Counted from the first letter of the stretch, positions 9,859 to 17,255 are shown. The stretch is 20,000 bases of DNA from an uncultured virus (IMG/VR IMGVR_UViG_3300025723_000018) (IMGVR_UViG_3300025723_000018); one strand, 5' to 3'. Numbers and translations: made by a program. The notes: generated by a model from the sequence alone, not told the origin.

Positions 9859-11537
9859 CAACTACAGCCGTAGCAAATACTAGTGATTTAACTACAGATA
9901 ATTTACTAGATAGTCCAACACTATATGGACATGATTTAGGCAATGGCGGAGAAGTGGTCGGCAATTATGCTACATGGAATCCATTAGATAATTTTTTCAG
10001 TGGCGATCCTACCAGTGCAGGCGTGGTTTGGCAAAATAGTAATTTAACTATTGCCAATAATTCAGCATCGTGGTTAGGTCAACGTGCAACCATAGCATAC
10101 CCTTCAAGTGGAAAATATTATTATGAAGTACATATTGACAGTGGTAGTGGCCCAGGTGTAAGTAGCGGTGTTGAGATAGGTATTACTCAAGCATCTAGTT
10201 ATCCAGCAGCCGCAAACACTTATATAGATAACACAGCTAGTACATACTGTTATCGATTAAACGGTAGTGTTTACACCGCCGGCTCGCTAGCTAGCTCATC
10301 TGTTCCAACATTTAATATAGGTGATACTATCGGTGTGGCATTTGATGCAGGGGCATTAAGTTTAACTTTTTATAAAAATGGTGTAAGTGTATATTCGGCC
10401 ATTACTGTTGCGGCTAATACTTATATACCAGCCATATCAACATACGCTGTTGTGTCTGTAAGTACCAACTTTGGTCAACGTCCTTGGGCGTACAGTCCTC
10501 CAGCAGGTTACTCGGCATTAACTACTAAAAATTTACCAAGACCTGCAATACCGCAACCTAATCAATATTTTGATGTCGTAACTTACACTGGTAATGGATC
10601 AACACAAACTGTTACTTTACCAGGTGGTTTCCAACCAGACATGATTTGGATTAAAAATAGATCAACTAACGCTGTGGATCCTGTGATTATGGACAGCGTT
10701 AGAGGATCGGACGGCACTCACTATTATGTGCTTGATCCTGCATCAATTAATAATGAAGCAGCTTCTGGTGCATCTTGGTATGGTCAGTATGGATACCTAA
10801 GTGCAATCACAACTACTGGTTTTACGGTAGTCAATGGTAGTACTACAGGAAACTATAATACATCTGCCAATAACTACATTGCATGGTGCTGGAAAAAAGG
10901 TGCATTGCAAGGTTTTGACATACAAACTTATACATCTGGCGGAAGTACAGATACAATAACACATGCCTTAGGAGCCACTCCGGCTATGATTATTGTCAAA
11001 TCTCGAAGTTCTAGCAGTGCCAACTGGTGGATGTATCATGTAGGAATTGGAACAGGAAAATCTTTACAATTAAATTCTACTAATGCTTATGTCAATGATA
11101 CATGGGTAGTAAACAGTAGTACAGTTCAATATAATTATGGTATTGCCAGCGGCCAAACAGCAGTAATGTATCTATGGGCGGCAGTACCAGGATTCAGTGC
11201 TTTTGGATCTTATGCAGCTAACGGATCAGCCGATGGCCCATTTGTCTACACTGGATTTAAACCACGTTGGATCATGATGAAACGCTATGATACCGGAAGC
11301 GCAGAAAACTGGTTTATCGTAGACACAGCAAGAGATCCGGGCAACTACGGAACAGGTCAACACTATTTGTTGATAACCAATGCTGCCGATGGAACTGGTA
11401 CAGCTATTCTTGATGTATTGTCAAATGGATTTAAACTACGAAGTACAGCAACTAACGCAGGCTCAGGCGGACCAGCTTATATCTACGCAGCGTTCGCCAG
11501 CAATCCTTTCCAAAATAACAACGGTACAGCATTTTAA
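6330..11537 (+). CDS. Large multidomain fibre/receptor-binding protein, 1735 aa (three LamG/ConA-like domains, CBM-like module, glycine-rich domain, SPRY-like domain, C-terminal domain)
   Basis: LamG-like signatures FTMSWWFK...WYHLV (~6510-7000), TIEMWVYP...WTHLAVV...IYFNG (~7380-7860) and FTVECWW...WHHLAVSR...MYIDG...IDDLRVT (~8530-9050). SPRY-like SGKYYYEV...GDTIGVAFD...LTFYKNG...NFGQRP (~10040-10500). C-terminal FDVVTYTGNG...FQPDMIWIKNR...GPFVYTGFKPRWIMMK...YIYAAFA. Confidence 0.8.
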   Translation: MAKNNNPGRILKGTKTQPSLKGASGIWTLDEALQYHRANQWPIPNLYQPVSNSVRNSLAKTSYFTFTPNRTGSNRRFTMSWWFKLGQLSAAGGTQRHLFYSYDGSNLLQVFLERASGTNPDYICFYGGGTDLRFSPILRDTNAWYHLVISVDINQSTSSNTVKGWLNGVQMTMAGSQASSTPTYPTGSTYWPIFQPYAYQRVGGNSSGGTFDGYFSEVNFIDGYALQPSLFGQFDSNNTWVPIPYTGSYGTNGFYLPFTNAQTSQTLGYDASLNGTPTYSADQDPYRSSVTMHFDGNGFPGSVGTSTNTLILDSSSNNYTITTSGSVSQGSFSPYPFAPTSLYNPIVHGGSAYFQGTSSSYLTVPSSSNWAIGSTGTIEMWVYPTANNAGNVRFWCVNNNSSGLDAYFNGGATTVYMHGGAVGTTTSMSLNTWTHLAVVYNSGTVSIYFNGISQTLTGTTTGYNITNNGTLYIGNFNAPATGYAYTGYMSGVRITKGVAIYTGNFVPTNRPFGTLTNNLITFSEDFTNSFWIPYNLTVTTGAGIAPDGTPTATLVTSTQVFSNSNIAFSYSSTSNSSPYTYSIYAKAGTLYSFRHRVAFTGGTGLGYSIDVNLQTGTYQTGESGYTNASIASVGNGWYRISITASNNGTGNTNYIGQCYLGSLQGTSTGSIYIWGAQYEQSSSLSTYTPTPANYSTTPSLLLTFATAAIVDVAGANNATPSGIVSITSNSKNGAGAITFNGSTDYLTLNGSTGTTYFGTNNFTVECWWQANGTQTNYAPIISQGFTSSPPSGTWGLKVAGASTTNLQFTYDAGLVNVGQNINSSINPNDGNWHHLAVSRNSSTLNMYIDGILVGNASIPASEVVGNTTTPIIIGYESRDGSYLKGTIDDLRVTNGVGRYPSAFSPPARSLPNIGGKSFVAQNINAGVVQKFTTVGTNSWTAPSDVTQVEVLVVAGGGGGGSRIGGGGGAGGLIYNSQYPVTPGQTYTVTVGAGGSSATSMPGTQGGNGGNSVFGNLTAIGGGGGGYYNTSSATLGSSGGSAGGNGGYYTNSGTSGTAGQGFSGGGSTASQDAGGGGGGAGGSGATGVSGQGGAGGTGLQFSISGIPTYYAGGGGGGQGTSAGAGGSGGGGAGSTSNNNATAGTANTGGGGGGARNSSDTSNVVSGAGGSGIVLIRYTTTAVANTSDLTTDNLLDSPTLYGHDLGNGGEVVGNYATWNPLDNFFSGDPTSAGVVWQNSNLTIANNSASWLGQRATIAYPSSGKYYYEVHIDSGSGPGVSSGVEIGITQASSYPAAANTYIDNTASTYCYRLNGSVYTAGSLASSSVPTFNIGDTIGVAFDAGALSLTFYKNGVSVYSAITVAANTYIPAISTYAVVSVSTNFGQRPWAYSPPAGYSALTTKNLPRPAIPQPNQYFDVVTYTGNGSTQTVTLPGGFQPDMIWIKNRSTNAVDPVIMDSVRGSDGTHYYVLDPASINNEAASGASWYGQYGYLSAITTTGFTVVNGSTTGNYNTSANNYIAWCWKKGALQGFDIQTYTSGGSTDTITHALGATPAMIIVKSRSSSSANWWMYHVGIGTGKSLQLNSTNAYVNDTWVVNSSTVQYNYGIASGQTAVMYLWAAVPGFSAFGSYAANGSADGPFVYTGFKPRWIMMKRYDTGSAENWFIVDTARDPGNYGTGQHYLLITNAADGTGTAILDVLSNGFKLRSTATNAGSGGPAYIYAAFASNPFQNNNGTAF

Positions 11538-11562
11538 TTCTTAAATATATTTTTAGGAGTTA
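11535..11562 (+). promoter_or_regulatory. Late-promoter box CTTAAATA (11540-11547) inside a hairpin that pairs with SD AGGAG
   Basis: TAATTCTTAAA (11535-11545) pairs with TTTAGGAGTTA (11552-11562): 11 bp including two G-U pairs, with a 6-nt loop. Confidence 0.6.
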
Positions 11563-11564
11563 CT

Positions 11565-11765
11565 ATGCAAGTACCATTTGAATTACTATTTGGCGTAGAC
11601 GTAGCTGTTAAAAAACTACGTCCCAGCGCAAACTTCCAACTAGAAGGCACTAATTTTACATCTTGGTCATGTCCAAACAATAGCCAACCTCCCTCTTGGG
11701 CGGAAGTAATGGCACAGATAGAATTGGACAAACAAGCCTACGAAGAATGGCAACAAAATAATTGA
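11565..11765 (+). CDS. Small putative tail-fibre assembly/chaperone protein (XkdW-like), 66 aa
   Basis: SD AGGAG, position directly after a fibre gene, and the pattern A-x-x-x-LRP-x-A-x-F...W...PP-x-W-x-E-V seen in small fibre-associated proteins. Confidence 0.55.
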   Translation: MQVPFELLFGVDVAVKKLRPSANFQLEGTNFTSWSCPNNSQPPSWAEVMAQIELDKQAYEEWQQNN

Positions 11766-11790
11766 CCTTGTAACAAAACTGTTATATACT
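11762..11790 (+). promoter_or_regulatory. Sigma70-type (early/middle) promoter for the dNMP kinase
   Basis: TTGACC (11762-11767), a 17-bp spacer, then TATACT (11785-11790). SD AAGGGG and the ATG at 11813 follow. Confidence 0.75.
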
Positions 11791-11812
11791 AGTATATCTA
11801 CAAGGGGATCGT

Positions 11813-12493
11813 ATGATTATAGGTGTGTGCGGTTTTATTGGTTCAGGCAAAGATACTATTGCCGATTATCTAGTTAATTTTCACGGTTATAGACGAGAAA
11901 GTTTTGCTGGAAGTTTAAAAGATGCTGTTGCCGCTGTATTTGGCTGGGACAGAACCATGCTAGAAGGACGCACAAAACAAGCTAGAGAATGGCGTGAACA
12001 AGTAGACACTTGGTGGGCCAATCGCTTGGATATGCCTAATCTTACTCCACGATACATATTACAATATTGGGGTACAGAAGTATGCCGTACTGGATTTCAC
12101 GACGATATGTGGATTGCCAGCTTAGAAAATAAACTACGCAATAGCAAGGACGATATTGTTATCAGTGACTGTCGTTTCCCTAATGAAATCAAATCCATCA
12201 AAGATGCAGGTGGTATTGTAGTCCGTGTAAAACGTGGAGAAGAACCCAGTTGGTATCAAGATGCTGTAGATATGAACGCTGGCGATCACCACATGAACTG
12301 GATGCTGGCAAAAACTCGTATGGATAAACTACAGATTCATGCGTCAGAAACAGCTTGGGTTGGCACTAAATTTGACTATGTTTTTACCAATGATGGTAGC
12401 ATAGATGACTTGTTTGCCAAGGTTAAAGATCTGGTACAAGATCCCCTTGACGCCATCGAACGCCCTCTTTATGTAGGACTCGAGCACAGTTAG
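11813..12493 (+). CDS. Deoxynucleoside monophosphate kinase (T4 gp1-like)
   Basis: N-terminal P-loop IIGVCGFIGSGKDT plus SFAGSLKDAVA, PRYILQYWGTE, VISDCRFPNE and HASE motifs typical of phage dNMP kinases. Confidence 0.92.
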   Translation: MIIGVCGFIGSGKDTIADYLVNFHGYRRESFAGSLKDAVAAVFGWDRTMLEGRTKQAREWREQVDTWWANRLDMPNLTPRYILQYWGTEVCRTGFHDDMWIASLENKLRNSKDDIVISDCRFPNEIKSIKDAGGIVVRVKRGEEPSWYQDAVDMNAGDHHMNWMLAKTRMDKLQIHASETAWVGTKFDYVFTNDGSIDDLFAKVKDLVQDPLDAIERPLYVGLEHS

Positions 12494-12758
12494 AACAAAC
12501 TGTTTTTAGATTAACTGGGCGGCAATTGTTCAAATCCCCGTCCACGTGAAATACAGCAAATACTTCACTATGCGGTGACTTAAACCCGCATTTATCACAC
12601 TGGTTTTTTAAACGATATCCAGCTCGATACCACCGTGGCACTCCAGCATCTGCTCCGTGTTTTAAGCAGACATTACACATACTTCTATAAAACGTTTTAC
12701 CGTTTTTCTTATAATTTACAGCGGTTGGGCGTAACCCGCACGAACATAGTGGTCTCAT
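12423..12758 (-). CDS. Cys-rich Zn-binding HNH-like protein (111 aa)
   Basis: CxC and three CxxC pairs, with an HNH-type core CDKCGF...FHVDGDLNNCRPVNLKTVCSNC. It has its own late-type box upstream. Confidence 0.75.
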   Translation of the reverse strand: MRPLCSCGLRPTAVNYKKNGKTFYRSMCNVCLKHGADAGVPRWYRAGYRLKNQCDKCGFKSPHSEVFAVFHVDGDLNNCRPVNLKTVCSNCARVLHKEGVRWRQGDLVPDL

Positions 12759-12762
12759 ATTT

Positions 12763-12770
12763 TATTTAAT
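12763..12770 (-). promoter_or_regulatory. Late-promoter-like box ATTAAATA on the - strand
   Basis: The reverse complement reads ATTAAATA-AAAT-ATG. It diverges from the sheath promoter. Confidence 0.55.
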
Positions 12771-12831
12771 TAAACTTGGCCTTTTCGAGACCTTTTCTAT
12801 GGCGCATATAAGGCATAAAATTCCAAAATGC

Positions 12832-12839
12832 TATAAATA
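12832..12839 (+). promoter_or_regulatory. Perfect T4 late promoter TATAAATA
   Basis: Exact match to the T4 gp55-dependent consensus, upstream of SD GGAG and the sheath ATG at 12873. Confidence 0.85.
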
Positions 12840-12872
12840 CATACAAGAACATGTTCACATGGAGATTCTAAT

Positions 12873-15800
12873 ATGGCTCAACTAAGTTCACCAGGCGTAG
12901 CGGTTACAGTAGTAGATGAAAGTTTCTACACACCAGCAGCCCCAGGTACAGTACCTTTAATCGTAGTTGCAACAGCAGCAAACAAAATGAATTCAGCTGG
13001 AACTGGTATTGCACCAGGAACAATGCCAGCAAACGCAGGTAAAGTATACTTGCTAACAAGTCAAATGGATCTTGGAAATACTTTTGGTATTCCATACTTC
13101 CAAACTGACGCAGAAAATAATCCAGTTAACGCTGGCGAATTAAACGAATACGGTCTACAAGCTGCACACAGCTTCTTAGGCGTAAGTAATCGTGCTTATG
13201 TTGTACGTGCTGATGTTGACACAAGTCAACTACACGCTCGCGCAGCAGCTCCAACAGGATTGCCAGCAGATGGTACATTCTGGTTTGATATTGCAGATAG
13301 CAATTTTGGTATTTTTGAATGGGACGGTGGTAGCACAAAAGCTTCTGATTCCGACTATTCAGAAACAGCACAATCTTTTGTTAACCAAACAATCACAGTT
13401 ATCACTGACGCAACACTAGTTGGCGAAAACGGTGGCCCAATCAAGAGCTATGGTCAAGTTGGTGCATACGCTATCGTTGCAGCTACTACTGATCAAGCTG
13501 TTACATTGTGGTACAAGAAACAAGCAACTGATACTCTAGCAGGTACATGGGTAGAAGTTGGAACTAGTTCTTGGAAAGCCAGCTACCCAGCAGCAGCCGG
13601 AACTATTGCTCCTCCAGCAACTGGCGGCACCGCAATTGGATTTGGTCCTGCAACAGTATTTGAAGGTCATATCAGCGGAACAACATTGACTATTACTAGT
13701 GCTCCAACACAAGGTGGCTCACCAGTAACTATTACTCCAGCACTAACAAATGGTCCATTGATAGTAAGCAATGATACTAACTACCGTAGTGGTACACGTA
13801 TTACCGTACAAGTTGATGGTACTCCTGGCGGCATTGGTACATATACTGTTAGCCAGAATTATCCTAGCAGATTCCCAGGTGGAGATGCTAGCATCAGCCT
13901 AAGTATTGATAGTCTAACAGCAGACACATTCTTGATCAACAGCGTACACATTCCTATCAGTTCAAGCAGTATTTCAGATCTAGCAAGTAGCATTAGAAGT
14001 ACAATGAATGGTCTAAACATTGGTATTTCAGCAGCTGAGTTTAACGGTAAACTATACATTTATAGCGATGGTACAGCTAATGGCGGTACTGGTGAATTCC
14101 AATTGAATGGTACAGCAGTTAGCAAGTTAGGTTTGGAATCATCAACTACTTACTATCCACCAGCATTACAAATCAGTACACACTTTAACGTTCCAGCATT
14201 CAAGACCACAACAGGTCGTGGATACGGTTCAAGTACTACAGCAGGCGGTAAGCCAAGCGGTAGCGTCTGGGTTAAAACAACTAGCGTAAACAAAGGCGCA
14301 AATTGGGTTGTTAAGAAATATAATGCATCTTTAAATACATGGATCATTCAAAGTGCTCCAATGTACGCAAATGGTGCAGCAGCTCTAGCAGCTCTAGATC
14401 CTAAAGGCGGTGGTGCAAACTTGTCAGTTGGCACAACTTATGTTAAGTACGACTTGTCAGGAATGGACGTTGCAGACTTTAAGATTTTTGCAAGAAGCGG
14501 AGTTGGTGCAACAGTAGTTACAAGTATTCCAGTAACCGTAGGCGGTTCAGGATTTACTAACGGTACACAATATGCGTTTGACATCAGCTGGAGCACAACT
14601 GGTGCTAGTGCATACACAGCACCTACAACAATTACTTTTACAGCTGGTTCATCAGCAGATGCTACTATTACACAAATATTAGAACAATTTACTAATATTA
14701 ATGATGCAAATATTCTAGCAAAACGTGTTGGTAATACAATCAGTATTAGTCATTTAGCTGGCGGTGATATTGTATTCACAGACGGTGAAAATAGTCCATT
14801 ATCTAAATTGTTTACAGCTGATGTTACAGCAAACTATCACATGACAGATGATGGTTCGTCAACAATCGCTAGCTTATGGGTATCAACAATCGCTGGACAA
14901 GGATTTATTGTTCCAAGTTTAACACCTCCAACAACAACTCCAGAAGATCAAACACTATGGTATAACAGCGACATTACTGAAGTTGATATTATGGTAAATG
15001 CTGGTCCTGGTAACGGTTGGGTAGGTTACGGAACTGCAGCTGGTAAAGCTGTAGTTAACGGTGGAGTAAGCCAAACAACAACAGATGCAATGGGCCCAAT
15101 CGTAAGTGCAACAGCACCTAAGACACAACAAGACGGTTCAACAGCACTAAGCCACGGTGATATTTGGGTTAGTACAGCTGATTTAGAAATGTTCCCAACA
15201 ATCTATCGTTGGGACGAGTTGAATAAGAAATGGGTTCAAATTGACACAGCAGATCAAACAACTAGTCAAGGTATTGTATTCGCCGACGCTCGTTGGAGTG
15301 ACAACAGCATGTTAGGCACACCACAAACAGGTGCAGGTGCTCCAGATGCTATTGCTGATTTGTTAAACAGCAGTTATGTTGACCCAGATGTAGAAGATCC
15401 AGCATTATTCCCAACAGGAATTTTACTATGGAATCTACGTCGTTCAGGTTACAACGTTAAGAAATATGTTAAGAACTATATTGACACAACAGCATTAAAC
15501 ACAATGTACGGTAATGCGTTAATGACTAACTATCATCCAGATCGTTGGGTCAGTGATGCTCCAAACCAAATCGATGGTGCAGGAACATTTGGACGTAAAG
15601 CTCAACGTGCTGTAGTATTGAAAGCTCTAACAGCAACAATCGAAAGCAATCAAAACATTCGTCAACCAGACACAGTTATCTATAACTTGTTAAGTTGCCC
15701 AGGATACTTAGAAACACTAAGCCCATTAATCAGCTTGAATACAGATAACGGCCAATCAGCGTTCATCGTTGCAGATAGCCCAGCACGTTTAACACCGGAT

Positions 15801-16541
15801 GCTACAAGTTTAAGCAACTGGGGTAACAACGTAAATGGTGCAGCTGTAGACGGAGACGAAGGTCTAATCGCTACAAATAGCTATGCAGCTGTTTACTATC
15901 CATGGGGTTACACACAAGACTTAACAGGTAACAATGTTGTTGTTCCTCCAAGTCATATCATGTTGCGTACAATCGCTCTAAGCGATAACGTTTCTTATCC
16001 ATGGTTTGCACCAGCTGGTGTACGTCGTGGTGGTGTAACAAATGCTAGCTCAGTTGGTTATGTAGATGGTCAAACTGGTGAATTCCATACTGTTGCTCTA
16101 AACGGCGGACAGCGTGATACATTAGCTGGAATCCACGTTAACCCAATTACATATCTTGCTGGAACAGGTTTGGTATGTTATGGACAATACACACGTCAAT
16201 TAGTAGCAAGTAGCTTAGATCGTATCAACGTTGCACGTCTAGTAATTTACTTACGTTACCAATTGAATAAGATTGCTAAACCATTCATATTTGAGCCTAA
16301 CGATACAATTACACGTAACGAAATCAAGCAACAAATTGAAAACATGCTTCTTGAATTAGTTGGTCAACGTGCGTTATACGACTTCTTAGTTGTATGTGAT
16401 AAATCAAATAACACACCAGCTAGAATCGATAGAAACGAGCTGCATGTCGACATAGCAATCGAACCAGTCAAATCAGTTGAGTTTATCTATATCCCAATGC
16501 GTCTAGAAAACACTGGTGCTATAGCTGGTCTTGGCGCATAA
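12873..16541 (+). CDS. Contractile tail sheath protein (T4 gp18-like) with a large central insertion, 1222 aa
   Basis: N-terminal LSSPGVAVTVVDES...ELNEYGL...YVVRA. C-terminal YYPW...VPPS...PWFAPAG.RRG...RDTL...VNPI...LDRINVARL...FIFEPND..TR...VVCD.SNNTP..IDRNEL.VDIAIEPVKSVEFIYI. Confidence 0.95.
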   Translation: MAQLSSPGVAVTVVDESFYTPAAPGTVPLIVVATAANKMNSAGTGIAPGTMPANAGKVYLLTSQMDLGNTFGIPYFQTDAENNPVNAGELNEYGLQAAHSFLGVSNRAYVVRADVDTSQLHARAAAPTGLPADGTFWFDIADSNFGIFEWDGGSTKASDSDYSETAQSFVNQTITVITDATLVGENGGPIKSYGQVGAYAIVAATTDQAVTLWYKKQATDTLAGTWVEVGTSSWKASYPAAAGTIAPPATGGTAIGFGPATVFEGHISGTTLTITSAPTQGGSPVTITPALTNGPLIVSNDTNYRSGTRITVQVDGTPGGIGTYTVSQNYPSRFPGGDASISLSIDSLTADTFLINSVHIPISSSSISDLASSIRSTMNGLNIGISAAEFNGKLYIYSDGTANGGTGEFQLNGTAVSKLGLESSTTYYPPALQISTHFNVPAFKTTTGRGYGSSTTAGGKPSGSVWVKTTSVNKGANWVVKKYNASLNTWIIQSAPMYANGAAALAALDPKGGGANLSVGTTYVKYDLSGMDVADFKIFARSGVGATVVTSIPVTVGGSGFTNGTQYAFDISWSTTGASAYTAPTTITFTAGSSADATITQILEQFTNINDANILAKRVGNTISISHLAGGDIVFTDGENSPLSKLFTADVTANYHMTDDGSSTIASLWVSTIAGQGFIVPSLTPPTTTPEDQTLWYNSDITEVDIMVNAGPGNGWVGYGTAAGKAVVNGGVSQTTTDAMGPIVSATAPKTQQDGSTALSHGDIWVSTADLEMFPTIYRWDELNKKWVQIDTADQTTSQGIVFADARWSDNSMLGTPQTGAGAPDAIADLLNSSYVDPDVEDPALFPTGILLWNLRRSGYNVKKYVKNYIDTTALNTMYGNALMTNYHPDRWVSDAPNQIDGAGTFGRKAQRAVVLKALTATIESNQNIRQPDTVIYNLLSCPGYLETLSPLISLNTDNGQSAFIVADSPARLTPDATSLSNWGNNVNGAAVDGDEGLIATNSYAAVYYPWGYTQDLTGNNVVVPPSHIMLRTIALSDNVSYPWFAPAGVRRGGVTNASSVGYVDGQTGEFHTVALNGGQRDTLAGIHVNPITYLAGTGLVCYGQYTRQLVASSLDRINVARLVIYLRYQLNKIAKPFIFEPNDTITRNEIKQQIENMLLELVGQRALYDFLVVCDKSNNTPARIDRNELHVDIAIEPVKSVEFIYIPMRLENTGAIAGLGA

Positions 16542-16555
16542 TTAGGAGAACATAA

Positions 16556-17182
16556 ATGGCAATCGCAGCATTATCAAATTTTACAGTACCACTAGCTAGT
16601 GACCAAAGTGCAGGTTCACAAGGCATGCTAATGCCTAAACTGAAGTATCGCTTCAGATTGAACTTTGAAAACTTTGGAAAATCTAGCCCAACAACAGAAC
16701 TTACAAAACAAGTTCAAGAAGCGGCTCGTCCAAGCGTCAAGTTTGCAGACCAAGTAATTGATATCTACAACAGTAAGATTCACTATGCTGGTAAGCCAAC
16801 TTGGGATCCTATCACAATTAAATTGCGTGACGATGTTACTGGCGCTGTTACTACACTAGTAGGCGAACAGAATCAGAAACAATTCGACTTCTTCGAACAA
16901 AGTTCTGCAGCTGCAGCTGGTGACTACAAGTTCACACTACGCATTGAAATGCTTGACGGCGGTAACGGCTCGAGTGCTCCAGTTGTGTTAGAAACATGGG
17001 AACTATATGGTTGCTATCTAGCAAGCACAAACTGGGACGATATCAAATACAGCGAACAAGGTGCTGCAACAATCACCATTAGCATTCAATTTGATAACGC
17101 AGTTCAAACAACTGGCGGATCATTAGGATCACCAACACCAGTTAGATTGACTCCTGGCGGCACAAACAGTATTGGTAGTTAA
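16556..17182 (+). CDS. Tail tube protein (T4 gp19-like)
   Basis: Directly follows the sheath and has SD AGGAG. Motifs PKLKYRFR...RP...YAGKPTW..ITIKLRDD...ETWELYGC...ITISIQFDNA. Confidence 0.9.
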   Translation: MAIAALSNFTVPLASDQSAGSQGMLMPKLKYRFRLNFENFGKSSPTTELTKQVQEAARPSVKFADQVIDIYNSKIHYAGKPTWDPITIKLRDDVTGAVTTLVGEQNQKQFDFFEQSSAAAAGDYKFTLRIEMLDGGNGSSAPVVLETWELYGCYLASTNWDDIKYSEQGAATITISIQFDNAVQTTGGSLGSPTPVRLTPGGTNSIGS

Positions 17183-17187
17183 TTAAG

Positions 17188-17212
17188 AAAGCCTAGGCAA
17201 CTAGGCTTTTTT
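17188..17212 (+). terminator. Rho-independent terminator after the sheath-tube operon
   Basis: AAAGCCTAG-GCAA-CTAGGCTTT forms a stem with a GNRA tetraloop, followed by a T-run. Confidence 0.9.
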
Positions 17213-17247
17213 ATTGACTGATCATTAAATGCTCAGTTTATTTTTTC

Positions 17248-17255
17248 GATAAATA
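17248..17255 (+). promoter_or_regulatory. Late-promoter box GATAAATA
   Basis: Lies downstream of the terminator and ends 5 nt before the ATG at 17261, which has no SD. Confidence 0.7.

Noticed and set aside
2690..11537. Diversity-generating retroelement or invertible (shufflon) cassette acting on the fibre genes
   Set aside because: I saw no near-identical template/variable repeat pair with adenine-specific mismatches, no reverse transcriptase or recombinase, and no inverted crossover sites. The repeats are old protein-level paralogues. A DGR elsewhere in the genome cannot be excluded.
12873..16541. Intein or intron as the explanation for the long sheath
   Set aside because: The ORF is uninterrupted, with no recognisable intein splice motifs (C/S start, HN-C/S/T end) or LAGLIDADG blocks. 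The insert composition resembles structural beta-domains.
17214..17245. Sigma70 promoter starting at TTGACT
   Set aside because: There is no convincing -10 hexamer at 16-18 bp spacing. The late box at 17248 explains expression better.
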